From an uncultured Clostridia bacterium (GTDB taxonomy: Bacteria; Acidobacteriota; Blastocatellia; UBA7656), in contig CAZJQQ010000008.1 in NCBI GenBank assembly GCA_964548075.1, positions 57,237-121,236 of the forward strand: a DNA stretch of 64,000 nt. The letters are read 5' to 3'. How positions within the stretch are numbered: position 1 is the stretch's first letter; every line of letters begins with the position of its first letter. The notes below the pieces were generated by a model. It had not been told where the DNA came from and did no database searches. It saw nothing but the letters and a program-made list of their open reading frames with translations. The position numbers and the translations under genes were made by a program. Positions 58,293-64,000 of this stretch are shown piece by piece.

Positions 58293-60218
58293 ATGTTACT
58301 GAGATATCTTTATGACTTGGCGCAATCGCGGAACCTGCTTGATGATCTTGCCTTCGCGCCGAAAGCGATTCGTTGGGTGATCGCGCTTGATGAAGCAGGC
58401 AATCTGATCGGCTCCGGGCCGCAGGAAACTACCGGCGATAGAAACAGAGGCAAAGAATTCAGCGCGCCAAAGACGAGCCGCCCGAAGGTCGCCGGCGGAG
58501 TCGCAGAATTTTTGGCAGATGGCATCACGGCACTCTTCGGATTAGACAACGATCCAGAGAAAGACAGAGACAATGAAAAGAAGCGGCGGGATCGTGACGC
58601 CAACAACGCAGCCAAGCGCGAAGACTTCTGGCTGCAGATTCAGTCCGCGTATGGGAGCACTGACCATCCTTCGCTGAACGCCATGCTGCAATTTCACGCC
58701 CACACGGAAAACCTTCCTGATTTTTTGCGTTGGGGCATGAGTCGCGAGGCGAAGTCAGGTGAAAAGCCTGTATGGTGGCTCACGGGGGCATCCGGGAATG
58801 AGATGAGGCTCGGCCCGGAAAACTTCACTTTTCAAGTCAACGGTGAGCTTCTGCTGCACGATGAACAGGTTCTCCGCCCTTATTGGCGCCGGATATATCA
58901 ACAGGAGGTTGCCGCGAGTGACACCAGAGCTACGCCCGGCTTATGCCTCATCACTGGCTTAGACAACGTTCCCATTGCCGACACGCACCCGAAGATAAAG
59001 GGAGTGCCAAATACGCAAACGTTCGGCGCTGCGATTGTCTCGTTCGATAAGCCTGCCTTTGTATCCTACGGATTTGAGCAAAGCCACAACGCTCCTGCCT
59101 CGATAGAAGCGGCAACCGCTTACAGCGTAGCGTTGAACTGGTTGATAAGCCGACGGAATCACTCGCTGCGAATAGGGCAAACGGCTGTCTGTTTCTGGGC
59201 ACGGGATAAGGAAGAAGCTTCCGACTTCTTCGCAGCGATGCTTGACCGGCCCGACCCGCGGAGCGTGCGCGAGTTTTTGAACTCGCCATGGGCGGGCGTT
59301 GATCGCGGTTTGCTGCAACACGACGAGTTTTACAGCGTCACGCTGTCAGGCAACGCTGGACGTATTGTCGTGCGCCATTGGATGCAGAGCACGGTCGAAG
59401 CCGCGCGTGAAAATCTACATCACTGGTTCGCGGATTTGGAAATCGCCGGTTACGGTGATCCCACGGCGAAGGAGAAACGAGAGAAGAAGGAAACGACAGG
59501 GGGCGGCAGCACGAAGGAAGCGCCGCGGCCGCTCGCGCTTTACAGCCTTGCCGTGACTACCGTGCGCGACGCGAAAGATTTGCAATCGGAAACGCTAACT
59601 GGACTGTATCGGGCAGCGCTTGAGCGCACAGTACCGTCGCTCCTGCTGCTCAAGCCGATTCTCCATCGCTTTGAAAACGACCTTGTGCGCGACGGACCGA
59701 AGGCGCTCTACCGCATTTCGCGATTCGCGCTGTTACGACTGATTCTCAATCGAAATCGAAAGGTAGGTGAACCGATGATCGAACCACAGGTCTATGATAC
59801 AGACGACGCTGCGTACAACTGCGGTCGACTGCTCGCCATCTTTGAAGACTTGCAAGCAAAAGCGCAGGAATACAAATTGGAAGGTGCAAGTGTAGTCGAA
59901 CGCTACTACGGTTCAGCTTCGTCAGCGCCGAACAGCGCGTTCGGCATTCTCTGGCGCTTGCATCAGCATCATCTCAAGAAAGTGGCGCGGCAGGGAGACA
60001 GGGGCAAGGCCGCCGCCGAAGCCATCAAACGCCGAATCGCCGAGATCGCGTGCCGATTTCCGCAACCGAAGCCGAACCTGCCGCCGTCGTTCCCACGCAC
60101 GTTCAATTTGCAAGCGCAGGGCCGCTTCGCGCTCGGCTTTTATCAACAGAAAGCAACTGACGACGCAGCACGGCGCGTCGCCAGAAAGGCTAAAGAACAA
60201 CTGGAACCAAACTCATAA
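58293..60218 (+). CDS. cas8c: Cas8c (Csd1), type I-C large subunit
   Basis: 641 aa in the canonical position between cas5c and cas7c. N-terminus MLLRYLYDL...IRWVI is typical of Csd1. Confidence 0.8.
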   Translation: MLLRYLYDLAQSRNLLDDLAFAPKAIRWVIALDEAGNLIGSGPQETTGDRNRGKEFSAPKTSRPKVAGGVAEFLADGITALFGLDNDPEKDRDNEKKRRDRDANNAAKREDFWLQIQSAYGSTDHPSLNAMLQFHAHTENLPDFLRWGMSREAKSGEKPVWWLTGASGNEMRLGPENFTFQVNGELLLHDEQVLRPYWRRIYQQEVAASDTRATPGLCLITGLDNVPIADTHPKIKGVPNTQTFGAAIVSFDKPAFVSYGFEQSHNAPASIEAATAYSVALNWLISRRNHSLRIGQTAVCFWARDKEEASDFFAAMLDRPDPRSVREFLNSPWAGVDRGLLQHDEFYSVTLSGNAGRIVVRHWMQSTVEAARENLHHWFADLEIAGYGDPTAKEKREKKETTGGGSTKEAPRPLALYSLAVTTVRDAKDLQSETLTGLYRAALERTVPSLLLLKPILHRFENDLVRDGPKALYRISRFALLRLILNRNRKVGEPMIEPQVYDTDDAAYNCGRLLAIFEDLQAKAQEYKLEGASVVERYYGSASSAPNSAFGILWRLHQHHLKKVARQGDRGKAAAEAIKRRIAEIACRFPQPKPNLPPSFPRTFNLQAQGRFALGFYQQKATDDAARRVARKAKEQLEPNS

Positions 60219-60228
60219 CCTGGAGGAA

Positions 60229-61185
60229 ATGATGAACAACGATACTTTGACCAATCGCCACGACTTTCTTTTGCTCTTTGAAGTCACGAACGGCAACCCA
60301 AACGGCGACCCCGACGCGGGCAACATGCCACGCCTCGACCCGAACACCAATCGCGGCATTGTTTCCGATGTCTGCTTGAAGCGCAAAGTGCGGAACTACG
60401 TAGAAGAGTTTGCGCCCGCACGCGGCGGAGACGACGTAGGCAACGGCTTCAGCATCTTCATTCAACAAGGAGCAGTCTTGAATGCGCAGATTGCCAGAGG
60501 ATGTCGGGCTGCGGAAGAGGTAGCAGGCAAAGGAAAGGAGAAAGTGAACGTACCAGAGGCGGCCATGAGATGGCTCTGTCGTGAGTTCTACGACGTTAGG
60601 ACATTCGGCGGGGTTCTTTCAACTGGCGACGATTGCTTGAAAGGCTCTGCTTTCGGCCAGGTGCGCGGCCCGGTGCAATTCACTTTCGGTCAGTCCTTCC
60701 ATTCGATCACTCCGCTCGAAATCACGATCACACGTTGCGCAGTTACTAAAGAAGAAGACAAAGCCAAGGAGCGCACAATGGGGAACAAGCACATCGTGCC
60801 TTACGCGCTCTACGCTGCGAAGGGTTACGTATCGCCAGCGTTCGCCGAGCGCACAGGCTTCACGCAGGCCGACCTAGACGTGCTGTTCGAAGCCCTGCTC
60901 CAGATGTTCGAGCACGACCGCTCCGCCGCGCGCGGTGAGATGGTAGTGCGCGGGCTGTACGACTTCGAGCACATCGGCACTCAGGGCCCGACCAACGCCG
61001 AGCAGAATCGCCGAGAGGCGCGGCTCGGCTGCGCGCATGCACACAAGCTGTTCGAGGGAATCACGGTGCGGTTGAAAGACGGTCGCGAATTCCCACAGTC
61101 GTTTGAAGACTACGACGTGGTCTGCGGCTGGACAGAGGGCAATCTGCCGAAAGGCGTCAAGCTGCACAAACGCCACGAGGATTAA
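60229..61185 (+). CDS. cas7c: Cas7c (Csd2), type I-C
   Basis: Has DFLLLFEVTNGNPNGDPDAGNMPRLD...GIVSDVCLKRKVRNY, a Csd2/Csh2 family signature. Confidence 0.9.
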   Translation: MMNNDTLTNRHDFLLLFEVTNGNPNGDPDAGNMPRLDPNTNRGIVSDVCLKRKVRNYVEEFAPARGGDDVGNGFSIFIQQGAVLNAQIARGCRAAEEVAGKGKEKVNVPEAAMRWLCREFYDVRTFGGVLSTGDDCLKGSAFGQVRGPVQFTFGQSFHSITPLEITITRCAVTKEEDKAKERTMGNKHIVPYALYAAKGYVSPAFAERTGFTQADLDVLFEALLQMFEHDRSAARGEMVVRGLYDFEHIGTQGPTNAEQNRREARLGCAHAHKLFEGITVRLKDGREFPQSFEDYDVVCGWTEGNLPKGVKLHKRHED

Positions 61186-61190
61186 CCAAG

Positions 61191-61505
61191 ATGCAAACAA
61201 TAGCCAGTTTCTTTGTCACCCCGCATGCCGTGGCGCAGTTTCAGAAACGGATCGCTCCGCTCGACGGCGATGCCGCATTGCGCGCCATCACCGACGGAAT
61301 TCGGCAAGCAACCAACGTCAGCGTCTTGCCCGATGGTCAGACCTGGCGCGTGCGAACGAAGCGGCCATTGCCTTACGAATTCCGCGCCTTTTGTGTGATG
61401 GACCAACAGCGAGGACACCCCGTCGTTGTCACCATCCTGCGCGGCGATAGCAGCGTGACTCGCAACCGGCGACGGAGAGAGCAACCTCAGTCGGAGATGC
61501 TATGA
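61191..61505 (+). CDS. Unknown 104-aa protein encoded between cas7c and cas4 and translationally coupled to cas4 (ATGA overlap)
   Basis: Clean ORF 5 bp after the cas7 stop. Its stop overlaps the cas4 start. No recognisable cas-family motif. Not part of the canonical I-C gene set. Confidence 0.5.
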   Translation: MQTIASFFVTPHAVAQFQKRIAPLDGDAALRAITDGIRQATNVSVLPDGQTWRVRTKRPLPYEFRAFCVMDQQRGHPVVVTILRGDSSVTRNRRRREQPQSEML

Positions 61506-62134
61506 CGCCCGAGCCTTCTCCAACAGGCGAGCCAATCGTGATCGCGGCGCTCAACCAATACGTCTTCTGTCCGCGTCGCTGCGCGCTGATGTTCGTCGAA
61601 GGCATCTGGAGTGATAACGAGCACACGGCGCTTGGGACGCTTCTTCACGATCACGCGGACGCCCCAGGCTATGAAATGGATGAAGGCGTGAAACTGTTGC
61701 GCGGGCTGCCGCTCTTCTCGCGTCGCTACGGAATCACTGGCAAGGCTGACATAATCGAGATGCGCTCGGGCGTCCCCGCTCCCGTCGAATACAAGAAAGG
61801 ACGGCGACGCAAGTTTGAAAACGATGACATTCAGTTGTGCGCTCAGGCGCTCTGTCTTGAGGAGATGTTCTCGACGGCCGTGCCCGAAGGCTTCATCTAT
61901 CACGCGGCCAGCAAGCGCCGCCGCAAGGTCGTCTTCGATGAGCGCTTGCGCCTCGAAACCGAAGAAACCATTCAGGCGGTCCGCCAACTCATCGCTCAAA
62001 GCGAAGTGCCTCCCGCGGTGTTGAAGCCTCGATGTGACGGCTGCTCGCTTCGTAGCGTCTGCATGCCTGAGCTGACCGGCGAACGAGCGCCAAATAGCTA
62101 TAAACGGCAAGCCCGTGAGTTGTGGTGCACATAA
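61502..62134 (+). CDS. cas4: Cas4 (RecB-like nuclease with a 4Fe-4S cluster)
   Basis: N-terminal Cys (YVFCPRRCAL), a nuclease-motif region (DhxE.K) and C-terminal CDGCSLRSVC. Confidence 0.85.
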   Translation: MTPEPSPTGEPIVIAALNQYVFCPRRCALMFVEGIWSDNEHTALGTLLHDHADAPGYEMDEGVKLLRGLPLFSRRYGITGKADIIEMRSGVPAPVEYKKGRRRKFENDDIQLCAQALCLEEMFSTAVPEGFIYHAASKRRRKVVFDERLRLETEETIQAVRQLIAQSEVPPAVLKPRCDGCSLRSVCMPELTGERAPNSYKRQARELWCT

Positions 62135-62164
62135 GAACGGATCGGTGGTTCGCCCTCAGTTGGG

Positions 62165-62366
62165 CCCCACCTCGTAGAGGTGCGATGTTTGTAGAAGGCA
62201 CGGCACGTTTGCGGGCTCACGTCGTAGAGGTGATATGTTCGGGCTTCTTCGTCCCGAACCATGCGGTTGATTTGAACTATCGACCGCGGTGGACATTCAA
62301 CCCCAAAAAGGGGTTGGTCTCTTTGCGGACGATTCTTTCTACAAACATCCCACCTCTACGAGGTGG
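62165..62366. repeat. Inverted-repeat (MITE-like) element in the cas4-cas1 gap: ~32-bp terminal inverted repeats CCACCTCGTAGAGGTGCGATGTTTGTAGAAGG / CTTTCTACAAACATCCCACCTCTACGAGGTGG, plus an internal copy of the CGTCGTAGAGGTG motif
   Basis: The reverse complement of 62334-62366 matches 62165-62198 at 30 of 32 positions. The core CACCTCGTAGAGGTG is itself palindromic. Confidence 0.6.
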
Positions 62367-62398
62367 AGTTCTCTACGCTGATCGACGGTCATTATTAA

Positions 62399-63430
62399 AT
62401 GGAAGTGAAACAGAACACTCTTTATCTGACTACCAACGGCGCCTACGTTTCGCGCGATCACCTCAACCTCCGGATAGAGGTCGAGCGAGAACTCAAGCTG
62501 TCGGTGCCGATTCATCATCTCGAATCGATCTGTGTATTCGGTCAGTGCGGCCTCAGCCCGCAAGCCCTCGAGTTGTGCTGGGAGAGCGGAGTCGCTGTGA
62601 ACTACTTCAGTGAGAACGGCTATTTCATCGGGCGATGGGAAGGCGTGCCCAACACGAGCGTGCTGCTGAGGCGCGCTCAATATCGCGCGGCGGACAACGA
62701 GGAACAGACGCACCTGCTCGCGCGCCAGTTCGTGGCGGGCAAGATTCAGAACGCGCGGCAAAGCCTGATGCGCTCCGCGCGTGACAGCGACAGCGATGAT
62801 GACCGGCAGCGGCTTCAATCGTGCTCGGTTGAGCTCGCTACGATGCTTCGGTGGCTGGAGCAGTCGACTGGCGTCGATGAGGTTCGAGGGCTCGAAGGTC
62901 AATCAGCCGCGCTCTACTTCGGCGTGTTCACGTGCCACCTGCGTCAGCAGCGCGAGGACTTTGCTTTCGGCACTCGCAGTCGAAGGCCGCCTCGTGACTA
63001 CATCAACTGCCTGTTGTCTTTTCTGTATGCGCTGGTGCGCCACGATTGCATTGCGGCTCTGACGGCTACGGGGCTGGATGCGTTTGTGGGCTATCTTCAC
63101 GCGTTGCGGCCGAACCGTCCGGCGCTTGCTCTGGATCTGATGGAGGAGTTTCGGGCGCTGCTTGCGGACCGGCTGGCGATCACTCTCATCAATCGGAGGC
63201 AAGTGACGACGAAAGACTTCACCAAGCGAGAGGGCGGCGCGGTCGAATTCACTCAAGCTGGCAGGAAGGCGGTCATAACGGCTTATCAGAGCCGCAAACA
63301 AGAGACTGTTCGGCACCCGGTGATCGATCAGGATTTTCGAGTTGGGCAGTTGATGCTCGCACAGTCGCGGATACTTGCGCGACATCTGCGGGGTGACCTT
63401 AAGGAATATGTACCGTGCGTGTTGCGTTGA
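62399..63430 (+). CDS. cas1: Cas1 integrase
   Basis: 343 aa with a Cas1 profile: YLTTNGAYVSRDH..., conserved acidic/His residues (E...H...E) and the C-terminal DL.EEFR..L.D. Confidence 0.9.
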   Translation: MEVKQNTLYLTTNGAYVSRDHLNLRIEVERELKLSVPIHHLESICVFGQCGLSPQALELCWESGVAVNYFSENGYFIGRWEGVPNTSVLLRRAQYRAADNEEQTHLLARQFVAGKIQNARQSLMRSARDSDSDDDRQRLQSCSVELATMLRWLEQSTGVDEVRGLEGQSAALYFGVFTCHLRQQREDFAFGTRSRRPPRDYINCLLSFLYALVRHDCIAALTATGLDAFVGYLHALRPNRPALALDLMEEFRALLADRLAITLINRRQVTTKDFTKREGGAVEFTQAGRKAVITAYQSRKQETVRHPVIDQDFRVGQLMLAQSRILARHLRGDLKEYVPCVLR

Positions 63431-63451
63431 CAGGGAGCGCGTGTTTCCAGC

Positions 63452-63769
63452 GTGCGTCGGGCCCGCATGATAGGAGTGGAACGAGTGTTTATTCTGATCA
63501 CATACGACGTATCGACGGTGGAGAAAGAAGGCATGCGGCGGCTGCGGCGGGTGGCGCAGGCTTGCAAGGACTACGGCCAGCGCGTCCAGAAGTCGGTGTT
63601 CGAATGCCGAATCGAGCCGAAGCACTGGGTGTTGTTGCGGGGAAGGCTGCTTGACGAGATTGATCCAGCGGAGGACTCATTGAGGTTCTATTTCTTGGAT
63701 GAGGACCAGGTGATCGAGCACCAGGGCAGCGGTCGTCCGGTGGACTTTGATGGACCGTTGGTCTTCTGA
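63452..63769 (+). CDS. cas2: Cas2. Start possibly at the internal Met (MIGVERV).
   Basis: Has FILITYDVSTVEKEGMRRLRRVAQACKDYGQRVQKSVFEC, a canonical Cas2 N-terminus with the catalytic Asp. Confidence 0.85.
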   Translation: MRRARMIGVERVFILITYDVSTVEKEGMRRLRRVAQACKDYGQRVQKSVFECRIEPKHWVLLRGRLLDEIDPAEDSLRFYFLDEDQVIEHQGSGRPVDFDGPLVF

Positions 63770-64000
63770 GACGGTGTGGGAAAGCATCGACGGTGAGAGG
63801 CCGATTCGCGACCCTTAGATGGGCTTGAATTCTGTTCTTTGAGTCGCGCGCGAATGTGGAGTGCCGGGCGAACCAGCGGGTTTTCGCGGGAGAGGTAAAT
63901 GAGAGCAATTCGAGGACGTATCAAGACTCGCATAGGAGTTCGGGTTGGCGGTACTGGAACTAAACGGGGCGTTCGCGACATGCAGTGAGTAAGGCAAGGC

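Noticed and set aside
63770-64000. Looked for the expected post-cas2 CRISPR array
   Set aside because: No repeats are visible in the remaining 230 bp. An array may begin beyond the window end.
1-64000. Searched for tRNA/rRNA genes and integrase genes that would anchor the island
   Set aside because: No cloverleaf-compatible or rRNA-like segments were recognised by eye, and there is no tyrosine/serine recombinase in the window. Only an excisionase-type HTH was found.

Overview
High-GC bacterial chromosomal segment. The many prepilin paralogs, secreted/TPR proteins and B12-radical-SAM genes suggest an Acidobacteria-like organism, but that is inference only. Positions 1-51.4 kb are mostly housekeeping. 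They include a CysO-dependent cysteine biosynthesis cluster (fused MoaD/CysO-MoeZ-rhodanese, Mec+ JAMM protease, CysM, plus CBS), pepA, smpB, MurQ/NagA cell-wall recycling, three tandem type IV pilin-like genes, dxr, rseP, a long-chain acyl-CoA ligase, a Ser/Thr kinase, a SPOR protein and an amidase. Two small type II TA modules lie in this part (UPF0175/DUF3368 and ParDE). The UPF0175/DUF3368 module is inserted at the 3' end of cysM next to a degenerate duplicate of that 3' end. From about 51.4 kb the window becomes an accessory/defence island. It holds a gene for an HU-like DNA-binding domain fused to an actin-like ATPase, bracketed by copies of a palindromic REP-like repeat that also occurs at 26.2 and 29.0 kb. 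Then come an excisionase-type HTH gene, remnants of defence genes, a small degenerating CRISPR array (33-bp repeats) and a complete type I-C cas operon. The operon is cas3-cas5c-cas8c-cas7-[unknown 104-aa ORF]-cas4-[265-bp IR-containing gap]-cas1-cas2. No rRNA or tRNA genes were recognised. Other notable items are a patatin-like phospholipase interrupted by a large polytopic membrane region, a 27-bp-stem heptamer-repeat palindrome between smpB and pepA, two B12-binding radical-SAM genes flanking a TylF-type O-methyltransferase, and a DUF433 gene carrying an in-frame amber codon.
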